Assembly (NCBI GenBank): GCA_964019425.1
Contig: OZ025797.1
Span: 62,001-126,000, forward strand
From: Flectonema sp. DT1601
Taxonomy: Eukaryota
Direction: 5' to 3'
DNA: 64,000 nucleotides
This document shows, one piece after another, positions 45,139 through 56,936 of the stretch (position 1 is the first letter of the stretch; each line of letters begins with the position of its first letter). The translations under genes were made by a program, and so were the position numbers. The notes beneath the pieces were generated by a model, which searched no databases, was not told the origin of the DNA, and was given only the letters and a program-made list of their open reading frames with translations.

Positions 45139-48100
45139 TCAACGGAGTGACGTCAACGAAAAGCAAAGACTAGAACACGGAGGAGAGATATTGAGCGTTG
45201 TCTGAGTATTAAAACTTTTAGGAATTAAATCTGACGATGGAGTAGTCACTGGATTACTGTTCTTCCTCTCTCTCATTTTTTGAGCAAAGAAAACCGCTTC
45301 AGCTCTGTGAAGAGAATAATCAGAAATTGATTCTCTTCGAGGAATCGCATCAACAAGTGGAAGAGCTGAAGAAGACAACATCGGCTGTGCTGCAATAACT
45401 GTTAGCTGACCACTTGGTTGCTGAAATTTTGGATTAATCTTTCTCTGACTGTGACACAGTTCTGATGGAAGTGAAAACTCAATAGAACTCACGCCACCCT
45501 TCGCAGACGCATTGTTGGTAACACTTCCACTTATTGCTGGTGGTATTCCTCTTTTTGTTTTTATCATCGCACAGATCTCTGGAAGTAATTCAGTCCCACA
45601 CTCGATAAGAGCTTTAGGGGATCTGTCAATATTTCCAATCTCAGATGAACAAGCTAACAGTTCTTTATTTTGAGACATTATTCTTTTCTTCTTCATGGTG
45701 CGGATGGCTATCCTGGAAGAAGCCTTTACACTTTCAACCACAGCAGGAGATTCCTCAATAAGTTTGACAGGTTGATTAGAGTCAGTTGGTATAATGTGAT
45801 GTACGGAGGTTACTACACTTCCCCAAGTTTGAACATTTCCTCCATAATTACCGACTGGATACTTGTCAAAGCGAGGACTTGAAGGTTCTCCTGGATCACA
45901 TGCAGCTATTGCGTCTTCAACGATTCCTAACTTTATATCAATCCATTCTGAAGAGACTCCTCTTTTAGCAGCAGCTTCCTTCTCACATTCGATGACCGCA
46001 CGAAGTCGAACTAAAACTTCTTTTCTTTGAATCCGAAGCTTTGCAACCCTCCTAAGCCACATCTCCTTCCTGTAGACAGCTTTCTCACGCATCTTAATAA
46101 GAATTACTTCTTCAGCTTCTTTAACAGTGTCTTTAATCTTACCACTGTCCTTTAAGAATTGCATTAGATCACATATCAGGTGTATTTCTGCTTTGGTTTC
46201 AGTCAGTTGGGTGTTTGTATCTCCTACTGTGTCTTCTATTTTATGTAATTTGGAAGCAATCCACTGGAGCTCTGACTGATTGTCTGCTTTTGAAATCCCT
46301 CGTAGTAGACTTGAGCAGATGTTTCTGATATCATTGAATTGTTGTTCGTTGTTTGAATTTGATGTTTTTGGAAAAGGTAATGATAATTTATAGAGAGTTT
46401 CAGCTACAACTGGAGACTGCTGGTCGTTATCATCTACTACAGATGTAACTACCGATACTTTGGGAGAATGAGGTGTTCCACTACTGAGTTGTTGTAAACG
46501 AGGTTTTTCGATAACAACATTCTCGGCTTCTTTTTCTAACGTCAACACTCGACTTGTTAATTTTGAAATTTTTTGAGTCAACAACGATGTTTCTTCGATG
46601 TGTTTTCGAGAATGTTCTCGAAGGCTCGCAACTTCTTCAGCTAATTTTGTTGCTGCCTGTCCAGATTGCGCTTCTGCTTTTTTAAGAATTTCGTTATCGA
46701 CAGTTTGCTTGTTAAACGCTGAAACCAATTGCTGTACTTTCCAAATTATTGAAGACTTCACAAGAGACAGTTTATTCAAAACCGCTTCTTCATAAGCGGC
46801 AGCATTGAATGACATATCAGAAGGGATTATTAAAGATAGTTTTTTAACTGCGCGTAAAGTTGATTCTAATTCTCCATTAAACTGTTCAGAGCCTGATAGA
46901 GCTGCCTGGTATGATTTTAAATGTTTCGCTGATTCCCGTTCCATCGCCACAAGTTTTATATTGCTTTCCGCAATATGAACTACGACTTCTGACATAATTG
47001 AGGTGCTAGATTCTTGAAAGAACTCGTGCATCTTTTGTAGACACATATACACAACGCTGTGCAACATATCACATTGTTGTCTAAGGTCTGATATCTTCAC
47101 TCGAAGGAGTGATATTTCAGATCCTGAAACCATCGATTTCTTCTCAGCTGTCAGACGAACGATGTCATCATTTAGATTTGTTATTAAATTATCCTTCGTA
47201 CCATTTGAGACTCGGAGGCTTTCAACATCTTGAATTGATCTCGCTAACTGTCGTCTAAGTTTCTCCGTTTGCATTGCGAGTCCCAAAACATCGTGTTCAC
47301 CAGTTTCTGATGAGCTTTGTTCGGATGCGTTAGCTGGTGAACTCTTTTCTTGTTCTCCTTCAAGGTCACCTTGTTTCCTTTCAATCCATGCTTGAAGAGA
47401 AGATAAAGCCTTAGCAGATCCGGATGTTTGCTTTTCTGATTTTTCAACAGAATTCGAAATATTTGAGAACTCCTGCAACAGTTTGAATCGAGTCTCTTTC
47501 AGATTTAACTGCTCTGAATTAATTGATTTCGTCAGCGTCTTACGCAACTCTGTCTGTCTAACAACCTGTTCAGCTGTCAAGTCTTGATACTCAACAATCT
47601 GTCGTTGGTGTTCTTCAAGTCGTCTTCGTAGTTTTGTACACATTGCTTCCTCTCTGCTTAATACTAGTGCGAGTTGTTTTTCTTTCATTAGGTATGCGTT
47701 GCTTATTCCCGCTAGTTGTTGTGCATTTCGGGTAATTTGTTTTTTTAATTCAGTTTTATCAACGTCGTCTAAGTCAACAGATTGTGCGAGTTCTTTTAGT
47801 TGAGCTGCTGCTTTTGTGAATCGTTTCCCTTGTTCGGCTTCGTCTTCTTCGATAAGACGAAGTTTTATATTAATTCTGTTTACTTTATCAACGCTTTCAT
47901 TTGGAATATCCGTAACGTTGTACGATGATGCTTTTCTTCTGGCTTTACAATTTGATTTTTTCTCTTCTGACTGAATAACCAAACTGTTGATTGTCGTCGC
48001 GAATTCAAAAGGTTTATTAATTTCAGTTTTAGTGTCTTTTTTATTTTCATTTCCTTTTAAAACTATTTCAAATGGATCGTTATGATCAGCGGGAATAGAA

Positions 48101-48204
48101 TCAACTTCTTCTATCGTTAGCCCAAAAACACCTGCTCCGTTCTCGGCATTTGCCTTTGCAGTTTTACTCATCTTCGTGCTGGATTTTCTGATACCCAATT
48201 CCAT
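45139..48204 (-). CDS. Large coiled-coil protein
   Basis: 1021-aa ORF with extended heptad regions. Confidence 0.8.
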   Translation of the reverse strand: MELGIRKSSTKMSKTAKANAENGAGVFGLTIEEVDSIPADHNDPFEIVLKGNENKKDTKTEINKPFEFATTINSLVIQSEEKKSNCKARRKASSYNVTDIPNESVDKVNRINIKLRLIEEDEAEQGKRFTKAAAQLKELAQSVDLDDVDKTELKKQITRNAQQLAGISNAYLMKEKQLALVLSREEAMCTKLRRRLEEHQRQIVEYQDLTAEQVVRQTELRKTLTKSINSEQLNLKETRFKLLQEFSNISNSVEKSEKQTSGSAKALSSLQAWIERKQGDLEGEQEKSSPANASEQSSSETGEHDVLGLAMQTEKLRRQLARSIQDVESLRVSNGTKDNLITNLNDDIVRLTAEKKSMVSGSEISLLRVKISDLRQQCDMLHSVVYMCLQKMHEFFQESSTSIMSEVVVHIAESNIKLVAMERESAKHLKSYQAALSGSEQFNGELESTLRAVKKLSLIIPSDMSFNAAAYEEAVLNKLSLVKSSIIWKVQQLVSAFNKQTVDNEILKKAEAQSGQAATKLAEEVASLREHSRKHIEETSLLTQKISKLTSRVLTLEKEAENVVIEKPRLQQLSSGTPHSPKVSVVTSVVDDNDQQSPVVAETLYKLSLPFPKTSNSNNEQQFNDIRNICSSLLRGISKADNQSELQWIASKLHKIEDTVGDTNTQLTETKAEIHLICDLMQFLKDSGKIKDTVKEAEEVILIKMREKAVYRKEMWLRRVAKLRIQRKEVLVRLRAVIECEKEAAAKRGVSSEWIDIKLGIVEDAIAACDPGEPSSPRFDKYPVGNYGGNVQTWGSVVTSVHHIIPTDSNQPVKLIEESPAVVESVKASSRIAIRTMKKKRIMSQNKELLACSSEIGNIDRSPKALIECGTELLPEICAMIKTKRGIPPAISGSVTNNASAKGGVSSIEFSLPSELCHSQRKINPKFQQPSGQLTVIAAQPMLSSSALPLVDAIPRRESISDYSLHRAEAVFFAQKMRERKNSNPVTTPSSDLIPKSFNTQTTLNISPPCSSLCFSLTSLR

Positions 48205-49402
48205 TATTGTTTTACTAACTTAAGTGGAAACATTTTAGAAAAAAAATAATATAAAAAAATCACAACCTGGACTGGCCAAACAAAATTAATACGAAAACGT
48301 GTTTTGTTTCTTCTTCTGTGTCGTTGTGAAAACTAATGTTTCAGTTTTTGTTCTACACAGCTGAATTAAAACAACACGTACACATACCAATGTAGCTTTG
48401 TTGTATCCCAAAGGGAGTGATGTAGTCACCTAAATCTTGTTAGTTTGGTCAACGTAGAATTAACTTGAAGGGGGCGAAGCGACCCGGCGTGGTATCTCTA
48501 GTGCAGGTTTGCCCAGAACAGGTGTTGCCTATTAATTGCCAGAAGGCAAGGCTCACACTGATGAAAGGATCCTCGAATGAAGTATCCATTCACTTCCAAG
48601 ACAAGTTGGAATTACTTGTCAAGTAGGAAGGAATCTGTGTGTTCTGTGCGCGTTGCTAAAAGGGGATATATGAATATATCCCACAACCTGTATTCAAAGA
48701 ACTCCCTCCCTCTTAATTGATGCCGCAGATGGCACTCGTCTAGCAAAGGAGCTCTGTGGAGCACCTATAAGCAGCTCACCATTAAACTCTGTTGTAGAAT
48801 ACTGATCGGTAAGAGTGAAGTTATAAAACTGTTGTAAGTGAAAACACGGCATTGTACTAACCACCTGCTAATAAATAAATTAAAGAACCAAAACCAAACA
48901 CAATATTCTAATTAACAAAAAAGCATCACTTCGATTACTAAGTTGCTACGTCAGGTCCCCACGGAACTGATGGCAGGGAATACTCAAAAGAGTAATTATA
49001 TTAAGAAAGGAAAGGTCTGCAAGTCAGATCATCCAAATAGCGGATGTGCAGACATAAGAAAACGAATGAAATAATTATTGTAACAGAGCAGCAAATGAAG
49101 AAGAAAGTAAAGACGCGCATGAATGGACCAATGAGATTCCTTCTGTTCCTACCTACAATCTGGCGTCAAGGGCAACAGCAGTCAAGGGAACGGACTTGAA
49201 ACTGTCAGCGGGGAAAGAAGACCCTGTTGAGTTTGACTCTAGTCTGACTTTGTGCAGTGACATAGGGGGTGTAGTTATAGGTGCTGGAATTTCGGAAAAT
49301 ACTTTCCTTTTCATCGCCTTTTTGACATTGCTGAATACAAAAAAAAGAACAAAATTCGATCTATTCAACCGCATTGGAAGTAAGCAGCTGTATTTCTGAT
49401 CA

Positions 49403-50047
49403 TTAAGAAGTGAGACCCTTGATGGCATTATCAGCTCCGTTAAAACAGTTTGTGTAACCAATGACATCTGTGTCGAGTCTTTTTAAGTACCTTTTGATGT
49501 TTTGATATGGCGCCAGGTACTCATCTCCAGGAAACTGGAGCTGATCAACTTCAGGTGCGAATAAGAAGTCAGCCAGAGAGACGCTGTTTCCGAGGATGAA
49601 TTTCTGTTTTCTTAGAATATCGTCGAAGAATTGGAGAGTTGGCTTGATCTTTTCATATCCGCTGGCCATCTGTTCTTTCTTTCCTTCCTTTGTGAAGATA
49701 AAGTGTCTAAAGAACTCCGTCGAACACTTTCTAATGATAGAATAGTGACGACCAAAGTACTCATCTAAACGAGCTTGCTGTCTCTTATTAGAAGACTTTA
49801 ACATCTCATCACCATCTGAGAGGTATTGAATGATAGCAAGTGATTCTGAAAAACAAAATCCATTCTCATTTTCAAATGAAGGAACTTGTCCATTTGGAAA
49901 CTTCTCTAAATATTTTGGTTCCTTGTGCTCTCCTTTAAGAACGTCAACGAACTTAACTTCGACATCCTTCTTATTTAAATATTCAATCAACCATTGACAT
50001 GAACGAGCTGGTTGTGAAACTGGGTGACCGTACAAAATAGAAACCAT
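49403..50047 (-). CDS. Glutathione S-transferase, theta class
   Basis: SQPARS, GEHKEPKY, PNGQVP, SESLAIIQYL, SLADF. Confidence 0.92.
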   Translation of the reverse strand: MVSILYGHPVSQPARSCQWLIEYLNKKDVEVKFVDVLKGEHKEPKYLEKFPNGQVPSFENENGFCFSESLAIIQYLSDGDEMLKSSNKRQQARLDEYFGRHYSIIRKCSTEFFRHFIFTKEGKKEQMASGYEKIKPTLQFFDDILRKQKFILGNSVSLADFLFAPEVDQLQFPGDEYLAPYQNIKRYLKRLDTDVIGYTNCFNGADNAIKGLTS

Positions 50048-50296
50048 TTTTATGAGAAGATTTAAAGTTACTGAGGAGGAGATGTAAAAATATTTTTAAA
50101 AACTCATAAAGTGTTCCAACGTTAGCAATAATTTAATACCTCATTAGGTTGGCTGGGACACTTTCTACACTAACTAGATGCGAGACATCAAACAAGTACA
50201 GCTTTATAATAAGTTGTTAGGATTGCTGTACTAATTTGATTGATTTCCACATTCGTGGAATACCTTGCCGAAGTACTGCGATCATAAGAACGATAC

Positions 50297-51916
50297 CTAC
50301 GCACCAAGAGCAGCCAGATATCCGTCAGCCTTCGTAGCAGATGGTGAGAAGTTGCTCTCATCTTGGGTGTCTTCTTTTTTTCTTTTGACAGGAGGGGCAT
50401 CACTTGAGGCATCAGAATCGTCAGAATCAGTAAAGTCAACATCAAGTCCTAAATTAGATAACACTGCAGAGACAGGTTTTAATGGTTTTTCATCAACTTC
50501 TAACGTAGCAAGACTTGGAGCAGGTGGCGCGTTGTCATCTAATTCAGTTTGTTCTACTCCAGATTGTAGTGTTGTAGTTCCAGCAACTTCTTGACGAAGT
50601 CTCTGATTAAAAGGGTGTTCTACAGAACGAGGTTCATGTAAGTATGTTAGCGGCTGTGTTATTAGACTATGTCTGCCACGGCTGAGTTCAGTTGATATTT
50701 CTGACGATAATATTTTCACAATTATATTCATTCCTGACTGACTAACTTCACCAGAAGGATCACTTGTTAGAAGAGTAACCACCTCGTCTGTTACGATAGC
50801 GTCTTCTTTATCTTCTCCGCGGGTACGTTTTTCTTTTCCTTTTTCACGTCTAGCTTCCCTCTCCAAACGTTGCTTACGAAACTTTGCATACGAAGGCCCA
50901 CATGCTAAGATGTAATTTATTAATGTTGATATCTCTGTGGTTGTGTCGTACCTCCAATCAAAACCTTCACCACCAACAGGGTAAATATGTCTTTCTTCAG
51001 ATGAGTGTTTACTGCAGTATTCCGGGTATGTTTGTAGTCGGGCAACAGTATTAAAATAAAACATCATTTGCTCATATGATTGATGATCAAATTTACGAGT
51101 TGCATCAGAAAGTGGTAAGTCCGGGACATAACGAGTCTCTGTACTTGTTTGACCTCCATAAACAGGTAAGAATATCCTACCAGCAGGAACAACTGTAGTG
51201 CCCGCTGTGTACGGCAGTCGAAACTTCAACAACGCTCCGCTCAGAGTCGAAAACAACGAACAAATTTCAAATTGCTTCTGCTGATCACCCTCCGTCCAAC
51301 TGTCCTTTGCCGCTGCATTTTCCCAATCGGTGGCATCCTTTGCTCTGTTTTTTAAATTGCTTATGAGAAGGACTCTCGTTTTAGTTCTCGCGAATGATGC
51401 ATCAAGTTCCCTTATGAGTCTATCAGTTAGTCTTTGTTGAATTATTCTAATCCTTTTTGATTCATCACAAGCAGGTGGTTGGGTGTCAATTAATAAGAAA
51501 TTAAGTAACGGAAAGAATGATGACAAAGTCTTAATGTGAGTACCCGGGTGAGCACCGAGATAGACGACAGTAGCTGAAGAACAACCAGCGTATTCGGTGA
51601 GGAATTCCATCTCGTAGAGGAGGAGTTTTCTATCGTTCCAGTGTAGGGTTGTTTTTACTTCTCCCTTTCTTCTTCGATACGCTGCTTGTTTAGCATCATC
51701 ACTAAGTATTCTTGAAAGTCTATCCATGCTCAATACTTCCTTTAGAACAACTGGTGCTTGGACTGTAGTTGATCTTTTTCCTCCCTCTTCAAGTCGTTTT
51801 CCACCCTTTCCTTTGCTGCCCTTTCCTCCCTTTTTCCCGGATCCCTTCGTCGCACTTCTGAGCTGCAGGTTTTTAGCTCCACGTGATGGAACGGGTTCCA
51901 TGATGTCAGAATACAT
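50297..51916 (-). CDS. VP39/poly(A)-polymerase-regulatory-family cap 2'-O-methyltransferase-like protein
   Basis: LHWNDRKLLLYEMEFL, VVYLGAHPGTH, LLKFRLPY, LPVYGGQTSTETR, YEQMMFYFN. Confidence 0.85.
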   Translation of the reverse strand: MYSDIMEPVPSRGAKNLQLRSATKGSGKKGGKGSKGKGGKRLEEGGKRSTTVQAPVVLKEVLSMDRLSRILSDDAKQAAYRRRKGEVKTTLHWNDRKLLLYEMEFLTEYAGCSSATVVYLGAHPGTHIKTLSSFFPLLNFLLIDTQPPACDESKRIRIIQQRLTDRLIRELDASFARTKTRVLLISNLKNRAKDATDWENAAAKDSWTEGDQQKQFEICSLFSTLSGALLKFRLPYTAGTTVVPAGRIFLPVYGGQTSTETRYVPDLPLSDATRKFDHQSYEQMMFYFNTVARLQTYPEYCSKHSSEERHIYPVGGEGFDWRYDTTTEISTLINYILACGPSYAKFRKQRLEREARREKGKEKRTRGEDKEDAIVTDEVVTLLTSDPSGEVSQSGMNIIVKILSSEISTELSRGRHSLITQPLTYLHEPRSVEHPFNQRLRQEVAGTTTLQSGVEQTELDDNAPPAPSLATLEVDEKPLKPVSAVLSNLGLDVDFTDSDDSDASSDAPPVKRKKEDTQDESNFSPSATKADGYLAALGA

Positions 51917-53644
51917 GTTTTGTCTTTTTTTATTTCGAGTACAACACCTGCGTCGTTTTGGAATGTAAGATATTGATTACTAGAGAAAAAGGTTTTTTTT
52001 TTTTTTTCGTTACTTTAAAAAACGAATTGCGAGTTTTCAAAGTAGCAGATGCGTTACGTGAAAATTACGCCAATCACAGACACGGCAAGAATCAGATTTT
52101 TTTTTTTTTTTTTTTTTTTTTTCCATTCAATTCGTTGGTTTACTACTATTCGTTCATTTTCGTCTGTCCCCAGGACAAGTGTGCCCACCCGAGAGCACAA
52201 GGCTGTGAATCAGCGAAGTGCTTCACCGGGGATCCGAATTTATTTCATTTTTTTTTTTTAAATTTTTTTTTTTTCTTTTAATAAATTCTAAATGCTGCAC
52301 AACTCAAAAAGTTGGCTACAACCAAATACTTATCAACAACAGCTTAGAGTCGGTAGAAATAATAATAAAATAAACAAAAAACACACATCAAAATGAGGCA
52401 TTTGGTTGCCTTCAAGGTAGTTTCGCAAAACAGATTAAAGACACACGTCTCTGCAACTGAGACATGAGGACTTTATTTTATGATCAGATTTACTTATTGA
52501 AACACTGCAAGGCACGGCTACTTCCCGGAGGGGGTCTCTCTCCATCCAGGTTAGTGGATTGAACTCTTAGAGGAGACATCCTATTTAGACTAAGAAATAA
52601 ACGGATGAGATTGTAATGACAATCTCAAGTCAAAATTCATTTTTTCCAGTTGATTTCAAAGTGTAACTGAACATGTCAAAAAAAAAAAAATGATATAAAT
52701 TCCACTCAAAAAAAAAAAAAAAAAAAAAAAAAAAAACATGAGGATATCATCGAAGACATGCAACCAGTAAAATAGATTGCTGGAATGGAATATTTTTTTA
52801 TTCTCGCTGCAGCACTTATTTTTTTTTTTTTTTCTTTTTTTTTGAAAAAATTGAAAAGTCAAGTGAACAGAACTGTATTCAAGAAAAAACGGCTGCCTAC
52901 TTTCGAACAGTTATGACGACTAGTGTCTGAAGTGACTGTTGCAATCAAAGAATATTTGTTCACGTTCGAAGCAATAATTGCATTCAATTATTCCTAACGT
53001 AGGCATAATACCGATTCTAAAGAATTTTTTTTTTTAATTTTTTTTTTTTGTAACAAACACGAAAAACACAAAGGGAGGTGTGATGATGAAGAAACAGAAT
53101 TAGAAAAACCAAAACTGGAAAAAAAAGTTTTAAAAAAACACTGGCCTGGAGAGTACCGACTTGGTACGGATGCAACAAGACATCTGTTTTGAGTCTTGAC
53201 CATAATTAATCACATTGGTAAAGTTGTACAATTCACAGTGCATGCATGTACAAGAAAGAAACGAAAGAAAAAAAAAAACATAACTTAACACAAAAAACGA
53301 ACATGAAATAAAAAATCAAAATATAAAAAAAAAACCTTCATTTCTCTCTCACGAAATATTATTGTCGATCAAGTCTTCTAAAGGATAACGTTATTTTACC
53401 CTTTTTTTTTTTTTTTTTTTTTTTTTACGCACACACACAAAAAATCCTTAGCAAAAATAAATATAGCCCTTAGGGGTAAATCGATACAGTATTATCAAGC
53501 TTTGGGGGAACACGGAGGATTGCGAAAGCGAATGCGCATACGATTGTCTATAAATGAAAGAACAATAGTTTTTTTCTATAATAAAAAAAAAGTATAAATC
53601 AAAAAACAACACGAAAAGTTGTTAGTGGGTTGCCATGTTGACAC

Positions 53645-56638
53645 TCACCGTAAAGTTGTCGGAACTCGAGCGTCAAGCAGCTGCTGTTTATTGCGACCTT
53701 TTGCAGTCTCTGCTTCGTTAATAGCGATGGTCACGCCCATACTACCTATTTGTTTAAAATTTTCGGCATAGCCAAGTGGAGTGAGTCCCAATATGTCTTT
53801 TCTACGACGTGATTTTCTATCTTTTAAATGACTACTACTTCCTAATGACACCAACAGGTAAACAACACCAACATTCCTCATTACGACTGCATAGTGGAGA
53901 GGGGTTCGACCCCAGCAGTCTGGTCTATTTAAATATCTATGAACATTAATTGGGATAGTACACATATCAGTGAGGTCTAGGTTGGTACCGAGAGTACTTC
54001 CATTCCCTCCACTCGCTATCGAATAGTTTGATATGATTGAACCCCTTCGAGGAGAAGTATCAGAAAGTGGAGATAGGTTTTGATTCGTTAACAGAGTTGG
54101 TTGTTTCTCTTCACGTTGTTGTAACTTATCGACGTCACACACAACTTGAATAGCTCTGAGTAGAGTAGCTCTGTCATCATCTGTAACGTTACTCATTAAG
54201 ACTTGTTCATTTAAACGACGTTCATGATGAGATATATTAGCGAGTGTTATCTTTGGATTTACTACACTTCGTCGTATCTCTTGAGCAAGTTGTTTTGCCT
54301 TTGCTTTGGTCATGTGAGATCCGAAAGTACAACTTTCAGGTTTCCACTGATACTGTCCTTGAGTTAATACAGAAAGCATTTCAGGTGAAAGATGTTCATT
54401 AGAAAGAAGTGAAGATATTAAAGAAACTTTTTCATTGGACTGCTGTTCATCACCCGTCTCATCACAGTCTGGCCATCCTTCATCCAAACAACTGAGAATT
54501 CTATGCTCTGCCGGCATCGGTTGTAATTCACCTCTTGAGTTTAAAACTGTTAAGGCAGCTAATAATTCCTCTTCGATACCAACATCTAATTCATGAGTCA
54601 CTGGATACTTATCAATTGGAGGTTCAAGATTAAATCTGTCTGATAAAGTCATCGCTGTTGATAATAACTGAGCTGTGTAACTGTTGTCTGGAGAACCAGA
54701 ACCATCTTTTGATTGTTTTTGTTGAGGCAGTGGCATTGTGACTGTATCACCAGCAACTTGGTAGTTTGAAACCTCTGATTCTGAAACAGAGTATGAACAT
54801 CTATCGTAGGTATCCGTGTCTGTTGTTCCTCCAATTGGGACTTGTTTTCCACTTATCAGTACCTTCACAACTGTGTGAAGTGCGCATGGATCTCCACCAA
54901 TTGCACAGCAATGCAATACAGTTAATTTCCTACTCGCTCTACCAGATACCATGGTATGCCATACAGTAGCTCCTTGATCCAGTAGATATAAAGCAAGTTT
55001 TGTGTGACCAAAATATGTTGCTGTCATTAAAGACGTCATTCCCAGAGGTGATACCTGATCGATGCTGCAATGTTTAGGACACGTTAACATCATTTGCTGA
55101 ACTATGTGAAGAGCATTTAACTCAACTGCGAGTATAAAAGCTGATTTTCCAACAGTAATTTCTCCGATTGACTTTTCAAAGTGTGCTTCCCAGTCTTCGA
55201 CTCGAATTTCGTCTTTCGGGATTTTCGATTTTGGGGAAGTTTTTGAAGGATCCGCACCAAGACCCAGAAGAGTAGTAATTGTCCCCAAGTCGTCTAACTT
55301 AGTAGCGATGTGGAGTGGTGTCGCTCCGTCGTTTGCGACGATGTTTATTAAATTACTGATTTGCATCTTTTTTGTGTCGCCCAACTTAGCGCTCTTCATG
55401 GCTGACTGAACCATTAAGCATACCATCCTTGCATCTTCCATATACGCTGCATGATGTAGTGGAGTTCTTCCTTCATGATCTTGTGCACCAAGTGAGGCCT
55501 TCATATCAACGAGTAAGTCGATCATACCAATCCGATTTTCGTAACTAAGTTGTGGACACATTACTGCGACATGTAGAGCTGTTTCTCCTTTAGGTCCTGG
55601 ACAGCTTAATAGTTCAACTCCTTTATCAAGAATGAATCCACGACACTCATCTGTCTCACCTTGAATAATTAGAGTGAATAACTTCTCAGTATCATGTGCA
55701 GGGATTGTTATGTGTGAGGCCATATAATCATTTTGCTTGACTGGAGGTCGTTTATCATCAGCGATAACACGACGAAGTTTTGGTAGCTGATTTACATTTG
55801 ATGAGAATGTTCCAGTTCTATGATCGAATACTTGATTTGGAAAAAACATCATATCCGGAATCTGTTGACTGCAACCCAACGCAGCTGGGATTACTTCCAA
55901 CCACAATAACAATGCGGGTAATAAGACGCCTCCAATTAAAGCATAAAGATTCTCTCGTAGACACTCATCACTAATACCAGTATGAAATAATAACGGATAC
56001 GATAATATGTACAACACTCCAATGGTGAAATCAACAACAGCGTTGTATGCTTTTGGATGCAAGTGAGCATAATCAGCCTCTGTATCTCGGTACACGGTAT
56101 AACCCAGAGCCGCAGACATGGTGCAAAAAGTTACAACAAGAGCGGCTTGGTAACCTATTAAGGGATATGAAAAGGTGTCTGGAATATCACAATCAGTTTT
56201 CCCAGCAGGGTGTTTCACAATTGAAAAAATACCAATAATAGAAATACATCCCGTCCATATGACTAAGTGTACTGTTCCTATGGTACGACGGTACTTTTCA
56301 AGAGCGTGCCATCTCGTGTATAATACAACTTGTCGACTTAATAGCATTCCAACAAAGGCCGTCAGTAATATCAACCGTAAAGACATTCCCCACATCCAAC
56401 ATGTTAGGCTGGCTGCTTTCCATAAATCCTGGAGTTGACTATTAAGCACGCTTGTCATCCACCATAAGAATCCGAGAAAATACGATGCGCATAATAGCTT
56501 TGGTGATAGGCGATGAATCCGAGGATGTTTTCTATAATACAGAATACCTACGCTGAGGATCATTCCAGCTCCGTACAGCACCGCTCCAATTATCAACATG
56601 CTATCATAGATGTTAAATTTTAAATCGAATCCAGGCAT
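53645..56638 (-). CDS. Seven-TM (class C GPCR-like) protein fused to ankyrin repeats
   Basis: Seven hydrophobic segments, YRKHPRIHRLSPKLL loop; GETALH, GRTPLHHAA, GATPLHIA, GRTPLHYA repeats. Confidence 0.8.
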   Translation of the reverse strand: MPGFDLKFNIYDSMLIIGAVLYGAGMILSVGILYYRKHPRIHRLSPKLLCASYFLGFLWWMTSVLNSQLQDLWKAASLTCWMWGMSLRLILLTAFVGMLLSRQVVLYTRWHALEKYRRTIGTVHLVIWTGCISIIGIFSIVKHPAGKTDCDIPDTFSYPLIGYQAALVVTFCTMSAALGYTVYRDTEADYAHLHPKAYNAVVDFTIGVLYILSYPLLFHTGISDECLRENLYALIGGVLLPALLLWLEVIPAALGCSQQIPDMMFFPNQVFDHRTGTFSSNVNQLPKLRRVIADDKRPPVKQNDYMASHITIPAHDTEKLFTLIIQGETDECRGFILDKGVELLSCPGPKGETALHVAVMCPQLSYENRIGMIDLLVDMKASLGAQDHEGRTPLHHAAYMEDARMVCLMVQSAMKSAKLGDTKKMQISNLINIVANDGATPLHIATKLDDLGTITTLLGLGADPSKTSPKSKIPKDEIRVEDWEAHFEKSIGEITVGKSAFILAVELNALHIVQQMMLTCPKHCSIDQVSPLGMTSLMTATYFGHTKLALYLLDQGATVWHTMVSGRASRKLTVLHCCAIGGDPCALHTVVKVLISGKQVPIGGTTDTDTYDRCSYSVSESEVSNYQVAGDTVTMPLPQQKQSKDGSGSPDNSYTAQLLSTAMTLSDRFNLEPPIDKYPVTHELDVGIEEELLAALTVLNSRGELQPMPAEHRILSCLDEGWPDCDETGDEQQSNEKVSLISSLLSNEHLSPEMLSVLTQGQYQWKPESCTFGSHMTKAKAKQLAQEIRRSVVNPKITLANISHHERRLNEQVLMSNVTDDDRATLLRAIQVVCDVDKLQQREEKQPTLLTNQNLSPLSDTSPRRGSIISNYSIASGGNGSTLGTNLDLTDMCTIPINVHRYLNRPDCWGRTPLHYAVVMRNVGVVYLLVSLGSSSHLKDRKSRRRKDILGLTPLGYAENFKQIGSMGVTIAINEAETAKGRNKQQLLDARVPTTLR

Positions 56639-56825
56639 CGTTTTTTTTTTTTTTTTTTTTTTTTTTTTCGTTGTGGTGTCACTCAGACATCATCAACTGT
56701 GAGAGAATAAATGAAAATAATAAAAATAAACTTTTTTGAAACGGTTCTCAGATTTTTTTGTTAAATAAAGGAATAAAAAGGTACTGCCGATATCAAAGGA
56801 ACTCACTCTCTTCAGTTATCCAATT

Positions 56826-56858
<33 letters not shown>

Positions 56859-56936
56859 AAATCAAACACAACTATTGGGTTTGTTAGCGAGGGATGAATT
56901 AATTAAAAAAAAAAAAAAAAAAATTAAAATTAAAAT

